Shown here: positions 27,606 through 40,265 of the stretch, piece by piece
Layout: every line of letters starts with the position of its first letter
Numbering within the stretch: position 1 is the stretch's first letter
NCBI GenBank assembly: GCA_951406725.2
Contig: OX597823.1
Span: 65,410,001 to 65,474,000, forward strand
From: Octopus vulgaris
Lineage: Eukaryota
Direction: 5' to 3'
DNA: 64,000 nucleotides
The notes under the pieces: model-generated
What the model was told of the DNA's origin: nothing
The model's database searches: none
Seen by the model: the letters and a program-made list of their open reading frames with translations, nothing else
Program-made: the position numbers and the translations under genes

Positions 27606-28939
27606 GTGTGTACGTGTGTGTATGCATGTCTGTGTGCATGTGCCTGTTTCCTCACCGCCACCAGCTGGCTATGGTGTGTTTACATGTGTAAAAAGAGACT
27701 GATAGGATAGATGCCAGGCTTTACAAATACAATTACGGGGTTGCAATTTGTTTGAATAAATCCCAGCATGGCCACAGTCCAATGACTGAAACTAGTAAAA
27801 TATAAAAGAAGATTTCCTTGATTCTTAGACTTAAAGTATAACCATACCAAATCATAGATTTGATCTCATATCACATTTTGCTTTTAATACAGAGTATATT
27901 TTTATATTTTGCAGCACAAAACCTCTTCTATGTTTATTTCCGTACCAAATACTAAAAATGTATCTATAATTGATAATTAAACTAAGAAATATATCTTACG
28001 AGGGCACCTAATTTAGGACTCTCATTTGATTAAGGGAAACATTAATCATATTAATAGAAATTGGAATTAAATATTTATCACTGCCAAATTTATTCTATAA
28101 AAGGTATGTACTCTTAAAATAAAATGTCTGGTTTTGGTAACGTGCTGGAACGTCTTTTATAAAACAGTTTACTGCTGTTTTTCTCTTTTTTTTTAAATAC
28201 TCTCTTCTTCTTAATCATCATGTGTGATGCAGCAAGAGCAGCAAAGAACGGTGTGATTAAGACACAGACGCCATCGCAAGATTCACGACGCTGGCTGTCT
28301 GATGCTTTAATTGTCATGGTGAGGTCAAACGCGCCTCGATCTGATCTATGAAGAGAATCTTACGGCGGCAACAAGGTGGACTTGGTTCACTTCTATAAAA
28401 TGATTTGTAGTGTGTTTAAGTTGTTTCTCGAGAATGTAAACATGATGTCATCTTTTTTGCGTCGAACTCTTCCACTCATATTTGTTACCCTGATCTGTGA
28501 CTGCCGCAATTCATTGAAACTAGTGCTACTTTATTGGAGTTTTGCTTATTTGTTTCGAGTTTCTCGTTTGCATTTTTAAATAATTTATATTCTGCCAACG
28601 TATAAATTTGAAAACAAATTAGCACATTTGGTTTCTATCAATTTCCCTTTTTAGTTTCCTTTCTATAACAATTATCATTTTGTCTATAAATAACGTTGCT
28701 TATAAATAGAATGGACACATGGGAAAAACGCAGGAAGAGATGAGTACTGATATTCTTCATTAATTTAGCAGAGTAAGTAGTACATGCTTAAAATATGCAA
28801 ATAAATTTGAACTTTAGAATTAAATAATCTTTGGGAGGTTGCGAGAGAAGAAAATATCTGGACTAAAATTTTAAAAGAAGACAAGGACGACTTTGGACAA
28901 CAAGTTATAACATACATTATTTACATTTTTTACAATTGA

Positions 28940-29109
28940 GGGATATTTGTCCTCGTCTCGTTTGTGTTAGCACAACGTTTCGGCTATTATACCCTCCAGG
29001 CTTCAGAAGGTGTTTTGGGGAAATTTCGAACTTGGGTTCTTATTCCTAAGGTATTTTTCGATGTTGTTGTTGTTATTATAATTATTATTATTATTATTAT
29101 TATTATCAA

Positions 29110-29142
<33 letters not shown>

Positions 29143-29230
29143 CATTCAGGTCACTGCCTGGAATCGAATCCGGAATCTTGGGGTTAGTAGCCCGCGCTCT
29201 TAAGCACTACGCTATATGCCCGTCGGCATA
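28940..29230 (-). mobile_element. tRNA-headed SINE-like unit with internal (TAA)n and a degenerate hammerhead
   Basis: Head GGGCATATAGCGTAGTGCTTAAGAGCGCGGGCTACTAACCCCAAGATTCCGGATTCGATTCC (29221-29160); cac-CTTCTGA-A-gcctg...tagcc-GAAA-CG-TT-gtg (29013-28971). Confidence 0.6.
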
Positions 29231-29282
29231 ATGTACGTAATTCCTCATCTCTTAAGTATAGAACTGTATGTTGGTTATATTC

Positions 29283-29545
29283 CTTTATTCTTTTACTGGT
29301 TTCAGTCATTTGACAGCAGCCATGCTGGAGCACTGTCTTTAGTCAAACAAATCGACCCCAGGACCTATTCATTGTAAGCCTAGTACTTATTCTATCGGTC
29401 TCTTTTGCCGAACCACTAAGTTATGGGACGTAAACACACCAACATATCAAGCAATGGTGGGTCACAAACACACATACATATATATATATATACGACGGAC
29501 TTCTTTAAGGCTTTGGTCGGTTCGAGGCTATAGCAGAAGAGACTT
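29283..29545 (-). mobile_element. SINE family A, partial
   Basis: Tail and body match 47274-47709. Confidence 0.8.
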
Positions 29546-29957
29546 GTGGCTGGGAAGTAAGAGGGGAAATTTTCCCTTCCACACAGAACGCTCTCATGTG
29601 AACAACTAATTGAGCTCATACGCTGTAGTGGATGGGGAGACGTGATTATCGAGTACGTTTGGGATACAAAAGGTGCATGAGCGTTAAATATTCCGTGCTT
29701 GATGAGCATAAATTCCGACCCATTTATCACTCGTGAACTAATGAACACAAAGTTTCATTTGGAATTCTAATAACTGTCACATCAATTTTCTCTGAATATT
29801 TCTGAGTTCGCGGGATACTACATCTCATGAGTCACTTAACATGAAAATTAAGGTGGATCCTAAGCACTTTTACCCAACTGATGTGACCACATTTGTCTGT
29901 AAGCTTCAATGTCTGCTTAACGTAAATTTTTTGAAAATGAAAAACAGATGACATCTC

Positions 29958-30876
29958 CAATAAATCCCATAAATAATGCTGTTTTTTCATACTTCTTTTG
30001 TTTTCCAAAATTAAGATAACTAAAATTCATTTTTAATCTGAAATATACTCGTCTTCATTTTCTACAAAGTAATTCCATCTATCTGGTAGATTTGCAAGGC
30101 TCCTCTTCCAAAATTCACTTGTCTATAACGAAAGATACTCCCCCAGTACTGTTCTGACATCGTCTATATAATTCATATTTTCTCCGTCCTAATGAGTTTG
30201 AAGATTGCGAAATAAACGATAATCAGATGGGACAATGTCCGGTGAATATGGTGGGTGGTGTATCGTTTCCCACTCAAATTACTCCAGCCTATGGAATGTC
30301 ATCTTCGCTGTATATGGCCGAGCATTATCCTCATGGAATAACAACTTTCCTCCTGAAATCAAAGATGGTCGTTTTTCTTCTAGCATTGACTTGAATGAAT
30401 GGTTGAATGACAAATCCAAGCTTCGCTGCTAGTTCAACAGTTATGATGGAATTTTGTTCCATCGGTGTTTGCAGGACATTCTGGCTGAGCTCTACAGATC
30501 TTCCAGCACGAGGCTCGTTTTCTAGGCTGTAGTTTCCGGTTCGAAGTTTCTGGAACAACCGTTGTCACTGGCTTACGCTTATTGTCCGATCACCATATAC
30601 TGCATTCATATTCCTCGTGCTTTCCCTTGCTTGGCTGCCTTTATTAAACTCATAAAGCAAAATATGTCGAATATGCTCCTTGTCACTTCCATTATAGCAT
30701 TGAAAAAATAACTGTTAAAATCGAGCTGCACTCTTCAAAACTTGCACTAAGAATAAGTAGAAGGTAGAATTACTACCTGCTTTTATAGCAAGCCGATGCA
30801 GGTAGTTTATCTTATCCCCTCCAAATTTTAGTTAATGCAATTGGAAAAACCGCATTATTTAAGGGATGAACTAATA
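29958..30876 (-). mobile_element. Internally deleted mariner transposon
   Basis: TIR pair (TCCCATAAATAATGCTGTTTTT / AAAAACCGCATTATTTAAGGGA); FQKLRTGNYSLENEPRAGR, DNARP, HPPYSPDIVPSDY. Confidence 0.85.
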
Positions 30877-31383
30877 TACGAGTGTGTTAGCTCCTTTCAA
30901 TCATTCTTAATATTTTAGGGAGTAACTACAGGGAATTTCGTATCGAATTTTTGTTGTTTTAGAGGAAGTTAGAATCTAAGATGGATATATATTTTTACAT
31001 TTTAAAGAAGCTAGAAATAATTATTTTTCGTAAAATTTCAGTTCCAATTTAGTTGCACAGTTATTATGCTTAAATGTTTCGTACCCAGTTATTTTGTCGG
31101 TTCAATTACCTAACCCATTAACGGTGCTACTGCAATACGTAGAATAGCATTTTCTGCAGCATGCATTGCTTCATTAGACTTGACATACTTCAACAAATGA
31201 CTGTTTCAAACATGGTATCCGTCAACACAAGATAGGTTCGCATATAATGCTGCTTTCTGCAAATAACGGTTATGAAATTTGCTGTGGATGTATCTGAATT
31301 TCGAAGTAAAAGTGTTAATATCATTTCACCTTTACCTGCACTGCATTTTCTTACTGGTATATGTATATATATGGTAAAATAAA

Positions 31384-31626
31384 TGCGCCCTTTTAAAGCC
31401 TAACCAGACTCATGGGCCCGGTTTCAGGGTTTCAATGGCGTATGTGTTCCCCAGATGGACGGGACGCCAGTCCATCGCAGTGTTACTCATTTTTTCAGCT
31501 GGGTGGATTGGGGCAACGTGAAACGAAATGTTATGCTCAAGAACACATCGCGTCGCCCGGTCCAGGAATCGAAACCACAATCTTACGATCATGATGCTGA
31601 CACCCTAGCCACTAAGCCACGCACCT
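31384..31626 (-). mobile_element. tRNA-headed SINE with V-domain-like core
   Basis: A box TGGCTTAGTGG, B box GTTTCGATTCC, core GCGATGGACTGGCGTCCCGTCCA...GAAACCGGG. Confidence 0.75.
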
Positions 31627-31789
31627 CAACACACGCATAAACACACACAGACATATATATGTATATATATGTATATATATATAGATAGATAGATATACAT
31701 ACATACACACACACACACATAGATAGATATATATATATAATATATATATACACACACAAACACACACACACATATATATATCTTATATA

Positions 31790-32530
31790 ATTATAATCTC
31801 GCAGAAACTGCATTCTTCTATAAGGGAGTAAATTATATTTCAATAAAAATAAATGGGTAAAATTAACAACTATTTCTAAATTCGTTGACTGGCGAAGCAA
31901 TTAGCTAACCTCCAATTATAATTATGTTCATAATTATAGAATATTTGAATAATTGTACCTAAAAAGGTTATTTTAACGTACCGAAATACTTGGTAAAATT
32001 AATAATTATTAATTAATTAATAAATTTTAACCTTTTATTATTATTGAAATATGAGTTACTCCCCGATCGAAATTTGCAGTTCTTGCAGGATTACTCGTAA
32101 CACGCACGTCTGTATTGAGGATAATTATGTGTTCACACTCAGCTGTATATTTTTGGAAGTGTTGGTTGAATATCGGTTATGCGATGACGCTTGATTGCGT
32201 ACATATTTAGTCCTAACACTTCCAAATTTATATCTCGAAATGCTGCACTGAAGATGATAAATAAGTAAATAAATATAACTTTACTTTAATCTCGAAACGC
32301 GTATGTAACTAATCTGAGTCGTGTGGATTCGTTACTTTTTCTATTTGCCTATGTGAAAAAGCGTGTTACTGTCTGGAAGAACGGTAGCAGAAAAGGCATT
32401 TTAACTCCTATTTTTAAATTCGGTGCGTGGCGAAGCAATTAGCTGATCCCTGATTAATTTTATGTTTATAGTTATAGAATAATTGTATAATTTTACATAA
32501 AAAAGTTACATAAACGTACCGCAAATTATA
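31790..32530 (+). mobile_element. PLE pLTR-like unit with ~110-bp direct repeats (31878-31988 / 32416-32527)
   Basis: TGGCGAAGCAATTAGCT...AACGTACCG repeated at ~540-bp spacing; hammerhead between the repeats. Confidence 0.7.
32242..32309 (+). ncRNA. Hammerhead ribozyme motif, canonical core, long stem II
   Basis: gcTGCA-CTGAAGA-T-GA..AAGTAAA..TTTACTT..TC-GAAA-CGCG-TA-TGTAac. Confidence 0.65.
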
Positions 32531-32583
32531 CATATAGACACACACGCGAACACACACACACACACACACGCACATATATATAT

Positions 32584-32753
32584 CTGGTTTGACTATGTAC
32601 TCTATCCCTAAATTTATGTTCCCCTTCCGTTATGAATTTTCTGGAAATACATATGATCTAAGTATACAGTGTATATAATGAGAGCATTATTTCCAGAAAA
32701 TATATAACTTAACGGGAAGAAGAATTTAGGGAAAGAGAACATAGTCAAACCAG
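32584..32753. repeat. ~65-bp inverted repeat (fold-back)
   Basis: CTGGTTTGACTATGT..CCCTAAATT..TTTTCTGGAAATA / TATTTCCAGAAAA..AATTTAGGG..ACATAGTCAAACCAG. Confidence 0.8.
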
Positions 32754-33625
32754 TATAAATGAGTGCAGGAGACTACAATGTTGCTAGAGTCCCTTTGATT
32801 AGAATCGCTTTTTCTATCTTTTATTTTTCCGATATTTTTTCGACAGCGTAGCTTATGAAAAAAAAATACGTAAACAAATATATTACAAAAAGCTAATTTA
32901 TTATCTTTGGAGATTCTCCAAATATTGACATATTATTTCTCTCTCGAATCATGCTAACTTTCGTGTATGCGATATTTGCGTGTATGTATGTATGTATGTA
33001 TGTATGTATGTATGTATGTATGTATGTATGAGGTGCCTGCTTGTATGCACGCATGCATCTATGCATATGGACGTGTATATATATATGTATATATATATAT
33101 ATATATATATACATATGTATATATATTTATTTATATGTAGTATATATAAGTACATATTTGTACACACACACACACACACACTCGCACATATATATGTATG
33201 TATACATACATACATATACATACATACATACATATATATATATATTAATATTAATATCAATATATGTGCTTAGTTGTATATTTGTATATATGAATGTGTG
33301 CTACTTTTTTCTCTTCAAGTGGCTTTCCCTTTGAAAATGCAGCTATAAAGACTTGATGCTCCAATATGTTTGCAAAGATATACTGATACTGCATTGTGCA
33401 TAAAAAAAGATGATTTCTTTGTCAACTTAGTCATTGTGAGTTGTCTCTTTTTCTATTTCTGTTTTTATGCTGTGTGATTTATATTGAATATAATGTACCA
33501 ATGTATTGTATTGAATATTTTTCTCGTGACATCCAGCCGTGAACCTGGCGTAATATTGTAATTTATTATGATTTATATTGGTGGGTCTAGAGAAAAATAG
33601 ATGAGGAACTGATACTGAATCTCAA

Positions 33626-33697
<72 letters not shown>

Positions 33698-34296
33698 AGA
33701 TAAAGATTTTCTACATTTTACTGCTGGGGTTCATGTTGTTGCTCTTTAACCATAGGTTAGCAGTTGATCATATTCAGCTAGCAACAAAAATATTTGAACA
33801 ATTAGCGGCTGAGGTTTTTTTCTGACCCAGTGAAGTACAATAATTGAGGGTGGGTTTAGCTTTAATTTCTCACTCACCGAGAACCGCATAGAATCTTTCT
33901 TGTATTATAGTCTTCATAGTTGGTGCTGTTTCGTGTAAGGTCACCCTTTATCAAACAGACCGTGTCCATCCACAAGATATCTTTTTCCGAATTTGTATAG
34001 TGCTCCATTATACATTCTATCGTTTCCTTTCTGAGGCAGTATGGTGTGAGCTTTGTTTGAGATTCGGCAGTTATTCCTAATAGGTCATGGTAATATATAG
34101 AAGTCCCTTTCCGTAGCCCATTGCATTTGAAGGCTTTCTGTGGTTAAATCATGGAAATATAAATAATGATATCACTACTTGGCACAATTCATGTTACATT
34201 TGAAAGCCACACACTGAGCTTAATTTATAGAGAGGCATAAAAGAAAATTTTGATATTTTGCAACGGAGATTAAAAACCTTCACCAATCTAAATGCC

Positions 34297-34374
<78 letters not shown>

Positions 34375-34877
34375 GAGTGAGAGAGCAGTGCATGCCATCA
34401 AAGTGACACTGGGGTAAAATATACGTAGCCCAATATACCCATCATGACTTCCCGTCTGATAAAGGTACACCAGGCACATGCATCACAACCATATGTGCGC
34501 GACATGGTGATCTCATATCAAGATAAACAGCACATGACCTTGCAGGTGGGGCCCAGTTAGAATTTTCTTCAGGTTGAGTAGCCCATCCCGCTCAAACGGT
34601 CCCTGAATAAGGGTTGTTTAAGGATGTTGAAAGAACCACCCATGTTTCCAGAGGTGAACTATTCAAACCCCAAAGAATCCCTCTCAACACATGGCTATGA
34701 TGCTCCCCCACTACTTCTGCTCGTGATCAGAGATGCACATATCGTCAGCCACTAAGGGACATGCTCAACTGGTTAAGGTCAAACAACTGACAAGCAAATC
34801 TGTGGTATTAAGCAGAATATTTGCTGTAGCCCATCTTTTATACCAAGACAAAACAATGTACATGATAACACTTCCAA
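34375..34877 (-). mobile_element. ~560-bp element, 5'-truncated, with long flanking duplication
   Basis: Matches 6108-6609; 34261-34300 is repeated at 34875-34914. Confidence 0.85.
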
Positions 34878-34910
34878 CGGAGATTAAAAACCTTCACCAA
34901 TCTAAATGCC

Positions 34911-35000
<90 letters not shown>

Positions 35001-36758
35001 TACAACGAATTTGTTTACCGTCCAATATTCATTTGAATATTCCATTGTGCTTATTTTGTCAACCAGTATTACCTGAACTTGCCTTAATATTTTGTAGCTT
35101 ATCTAGGATTTATTCATCACATTTATCTCTTCTCTAGGATAGATAGTATAATTTACAAAACCTTTTTCCCTGCGGGATGATATATGGATTTAACATTGAA
35201 ATTAGACAAATCCTTATCAATTATACATTTGAACTAGAGTTTTGTAACCATGTTAGAAATCATTTTTTTATCGACTAACGTTACATACTTTGAAAACAAA
35301 AGATATCTGTTTTTGATCTCCAAGGATATCATCCAGCTGCCCATATAAATTTTATAATTTATTGCATTTCATATGATTTCGTGTCTATATATAATCTTCA
35401 GTATTTTTACTCAAATTTGAGTATTATGTATGTTAAATAATTTCTGTAACCATCCAAGCAAGCGATATCTCATGAACAAAGTATCATCTGTTTTATACAC
35501 CTTTACATAAATGGAGTTCTATATTATTCATAGTTTGTTTTATTCTCGCTGTACGTTGAAAAGAACTGTCCTTGTACGAGAAATGGATATTGATAAATAT
35601 GTAAGGGGGTCTATATTCTCGACTAAAATCCTTCATTAATCCCACAATGCAATTACAAAGATGAGTAACTAAATGAGTAAAGGAATGTGTGTGCGTGTGT
35701 GTGTGTGTATGCAAATATAAAGGACATTTTTATAAATATTGATTTCTTAGATAGGCATGAAGTCACATGTGTGGGGATATCTAGAGCTGATTATATCGAA
35801 ACCCGTATTTGACTGTTAATTATTTTGTCATCGGAGTAATTTGAAATACGAATGTTTGAAATCATAGCTGCATCGAAATGCAGAAAGGGATTCTCTTCAC
35901 CCCACCACCCCAAGTTTTCGCAGTTGCTAATGCGTTAACATATTGAGAGATGAAATGTTGATTTTCAAATAGGCACGGTTGTATTTGAAAGGATTATTCT
36001 AGCGAAACTGTGTAAATTATTGAATTAATTTTCGAAGCAAATGCATAAACAACAACATATTAAAACAGAATATCTCTCCAAAATGGAAAAGAAAAAAAGA
36101 AAAGTAAAGAACATATAAAATTTTTATCAATTTTTAAGATTTTTAAGTTACCGAAGAACGAATATTATCTCGTGTTCTTAAACCCTGAAATGTCTTAGAA
36201 GACAGCTAAATAGCTTTATTTGAAAGACTACTTTCGAATATACTAAGATAACGAGACAATAATTCTGTCAAATTCATTGGGCAAGTATGTACTTGTAGTA
36301 AAATATATGAAGACATTGGTTTAAACAGGCAACAATAACTGTCATGGAACTAAATTAGATTTTACGGAACAGAACGTATCAAGTTTTAATGACCCGCTAT
36401 AGATAATATTTGTTTCATTTTGAGAAAGAAATTATAGATGGTTTCAGAGAAATGAAGGTGCGTAAGGTAAAGGAAGGTCGACAGCTTCCTTCAAAACTAA
36501 ATAAACAATGCCATACAAAAATTAATTAAACTCGAAAATATATCCTAAATGTATTGCTCAATATTTGTGGAGCTGTTTTAGATAGAATACAACATTTAGT
36601 CAGTGAATTATTGTCATACTGAAAAAAAATGAAAAAAAAATAAAGAATGGAAGCTGAAGCATTGTTTCGAATACAACGTGTATGAAATTTTAATGTCCTT
36701 ATCAAACACACGGAAGAAAATAAACAAACAAACACGCACACACACATACACACACACG

Positions 36759-36854
<96 letters not shown>

Positions 36855-37313
36855 AAAGTATGTAATTAGAAAATTATATATTTTTATAGATGTAAATATT
36901 TAGCATTCTCTACATTCTCACACATACATATATATATACATCTTCTATCATTTTATTTGTTTCCTTCATTAAACTGTGGACATGCTGGGCTCTTGGCTTG
37001 AAAAATTTTAGTGAAACGAATCGACACCAGTTCTTATCCTTTTTTAAAGCTTGGTACATAAATTCTCGGGCTCACTTTACCGAAGCGCTAGATTACCAGG
37101 TGTCGAGAGGTGAGGAACAAATCCAGACACACACATGGACGCAAGTACACATATCTGTATCACGGATTTATTTCGTTACGTATCCATCGAGACAAGACTT
37201 CATAAAATACAAAACAGATCAACAATCTGGACATCACTGGGTTTAAGTGACAAACGTTTGTATAACACGTTTACCACTCTCTCGGGCTCCATAGCAGATT
37301 CTAGTGACAGGCA

Positions 37314-37375
37314 TGCTAAGGTGAGAGGTACTGTTATGACTGCACGTTTTGAGTCAGAGTACCTTTCGCCTAGCA
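37314..37375 (+). other. 62-nt hairpin
   Basis: TGCTAAGGTGAGAGGTACT..TGACT / AGTCA.AGTACCTTTCGCCTAGCA. Confidence 0.6.
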
Positions 37376-37580
37376 GAGCTGACTTCGCCATGGTTTTGTC
37401 AAAAACAAATGGAACTTCTACTATTTAACCTTTAGATGAGACCCCGAGAGAACGACTCCATGAGTAATGGTAGCTAGTGGGTAATTCCACGGTCCCCATA
37501 ACTCCATATATATATATATATATGAGTGTCAGTGTGTGTATCAATGCAAGCATATGTATACACAGATAGTCAGAAATATA

Positions 37581-37627
<47 letters not shown>

Positions 37628-38857
37628 CGTATGTTTCTGATATGTATTTGTGTAGTGAGGTCGAGAGACAAAATTTGTACTGGTATGCGTCGGCATAACT
37701 TGTATTATTTAGGAACATTGTCAGAGAATCCAAAGACATGGTCAAGAGGAGAGGAAATCTAAGTTTCCGACAGAGTTCTTTTTCACGGAGAAGTTGACAG
37801 GAGGGTGATTGAAGAAATCAAATAGTCTGACATTGAAAAAATAACGACTACAACTGACGAGCAACGCTGAACCATATGAACTTCATACCTAGATAAAAAG
37901 AAAAAGGAGAGAGTATCATCGATAGATCGAAAAAAGAGAAAAGAAATGAGGAGGAGTGAAGGACCCGGCAATAGCGGGTGCAGGGCGTGCAAGCGCCTCC
38001 CCGCTAAAATTTTTAGCTGGTGCAAAATCAAAATTTGCACCCCAATATAATTTGCCAGATTTAGAGAATTGTGTCTAAATATTGATCTGTAAAAAGTTGC
38101 TTGAAATTAGGTTCCTTCACAAAACTAGAACAAAGTACAAAAATAAATAAATAAAAAGTCCAAAATGATTACTGGTGAAGCTGGTCATAAAATTCCCAAG
38201 TGAATTCTCTAAAAGGATATACTACTGAATTAAAGCATCATCAATATCAAAATTGAAAATATATAGATAGCAGCAGCAACAACAACAACAATAACAACAG
38301 CAGCGTGTCCAGCAGTACAGTCATTCCTCAAAACTAGCACAATAGATGATCTATTAAACTCTACAATGAAAAGCCTTTCACTCTCAAGCTAGCTGCATTT
38401 AACCTTTTCTCTGAATACAACAACTGACCCATCATCATCATTGCCATAATATTCTACTGATAGAACCATGACAACTATTACTGTCACACCTTTCTCCCCT
38501 CCCCACTGTCCACCTCAATTTGAATGTATACCTCAGAGTTACGTCGTAAATCTGCCAAATGTAATTAAAGTAAAATCTATATGTGCCAGTTTTCTCAATG
38601 CAAAGGACTATGCACACGCAGCAGCTGCAATTTCACTCATTTTCCTGGAACAAAGCTTACAATTCGTAAAAGCAGCACAAGTCAATGCAAAAACACACAT
38701 CTTACGGTGCCGCCGCTGTAGCAACTACCACCCTTCCCACCACTAGTATGTGATTTTTGAAATTGCTACCTTCTGTGTTACTTTTTAATCAATTTCTCTC
38801 GTTCACTGTGTGTGTGTGTATACATATATATGCATATATACATACATACATATATAT

Positions 38858-38961
38858 AGGGAGAGTTTACGAAAAAAAACAAAAGACGAAGACAGGTGGT
38901 GTACAAAACAAACAGATGTATTAGTATAACGCTCAGGAAGAGAAAAAGTATTTTACGTTGC

Positions 38962-39007
<46 letters not shown>

Positions 39008-39444
39008 GAACACTTGGAGTCAACAAGAATATGTCATAACTATATATATGTGTGTGTTTGTCTGTGTAATTGTATGCGTCTGTGTTTGTCCCCCCACCAT
39101 TGCATGATGACAACCGATGCTGGTATGTTCACGTCCTCCGTAACATAGCAGTTTGACAAAAGAGAATGATAGAATAATTACTAGGCTTCCAACGAATGTC
39201 CTCGGATCAAATTCTTCAATTAAAACCCGCTAAGACCGTGCTCCAGCATGGCCGCAGTCTAATGAATGAAACAAGTAAAAGAGTACAAGAATATATGTAG
39301 TATACGTATAATTAAATAAGGCAGTGGTTTAACAATGCATCACCAAAGAGGAAAACTATAATTGTTATTAGATATGACAGAGGCTGTCAGAACACCTACA
39401 ATGCTAGGTGTTCTATATAAACAAATAAATAAATAAATAAATAA

Positions 39445-39501
<57 letters not shown>

Positions 39502-39895
39502 CATACATATATACATACATATATATATATTCTCTACTTGGACTTTCTACTCTATTACACTCCAGCTTCACCTCTCCTACCCATGGATTACAATGGACTC
39601 TTTCGTTGATGAGAAATCGCTCCAATACACCAGCACCTTTGAAATTTTTGAACCTTTTGAATTTTTCTTAACTTTTTGTACTTTCCAAACATATTGTGGC
39701 ATTCGCCATGATAGATCACTAGCCACTAAACATTCTTTATTTTCTCTCCCTGTTTCTTTCTATGTTCCCCTTCTGTGGAAGAGCGTAGGCTCGAAACGTT
39801 AAAGACTTTTCACTTCCCGAGCGTTAAACTAAAACATATGTTTGTTGTGTACACCACCTGTCTTCATCTTTCGTTTTTATTCCGAATTCTCCCTG
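38858..39895. mobile_element. PLE 3' end (39530-39895, +) and an inverted copy of its last ~105 bp (38858-38962)
   Basis: GTACACCACCTGTCTTC in both orientations; hammerhead-like CTGTGGA-A-GAGC gtag GCTC-GAAA-CG at 39773-39798. Confidence 0.65.
39050..39286 (+). mobile_element. SINE family A 3' half
   Basis: GACAACCGATGCTGGT...CTCCAGCATGGCCGCAGTC..AAACAAGTAAAAGAG. Confidence 0.8.
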
Positions 39896-40017
39896 TATAT
39901 ATATTAATTAAAAACTTAGGGTAACAACAATGTTTATCGAATAATTCTTTTTTACCTGTGGTCTAGCGAGAAAAAATTAGTCAGTAGACTATATATTATT
40001 CAGAGAATAATACAGTG

Positions 40018-40215
40018 CACATTCAAACATAAAAGAGATACCGAAGAATAGGATATCTGACTTGCTAGAAAGGGTAGTTAAAAACTCCAAGCCACCAATT
40101 GTTGTAATTCCGAAAGTGATTGAAAATTAAACGTTTGGTGGCTTGGAGATTTTAACTACTCTTTCTAGCAAGTCAGATATCCTATTCTTCGGTATCGCTT
40201 TTATGTTTGAATGTG
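40018..40215. repeat. Near-perfect 81-bp inverted repeat, 36-bp loop
   Basis: 40018-40098 vs 40135-40215, about three mismatches by eye. Confidence 0.9.
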
Positions 40216-40217
40216 TG

Positions 40218-40265
<48 letters not shown>

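Larger units (their letters stand above)
27046..27806 (+). mobile_element. Diverged SINE family A split by a hammerhead-bearing insertion
   Basis: TTGTGAGTGGATTTGGTAGA at ~27049 and tail GGCCACAGTCCAATGACTGAAAC at ~27770. Confidence 0.65.
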
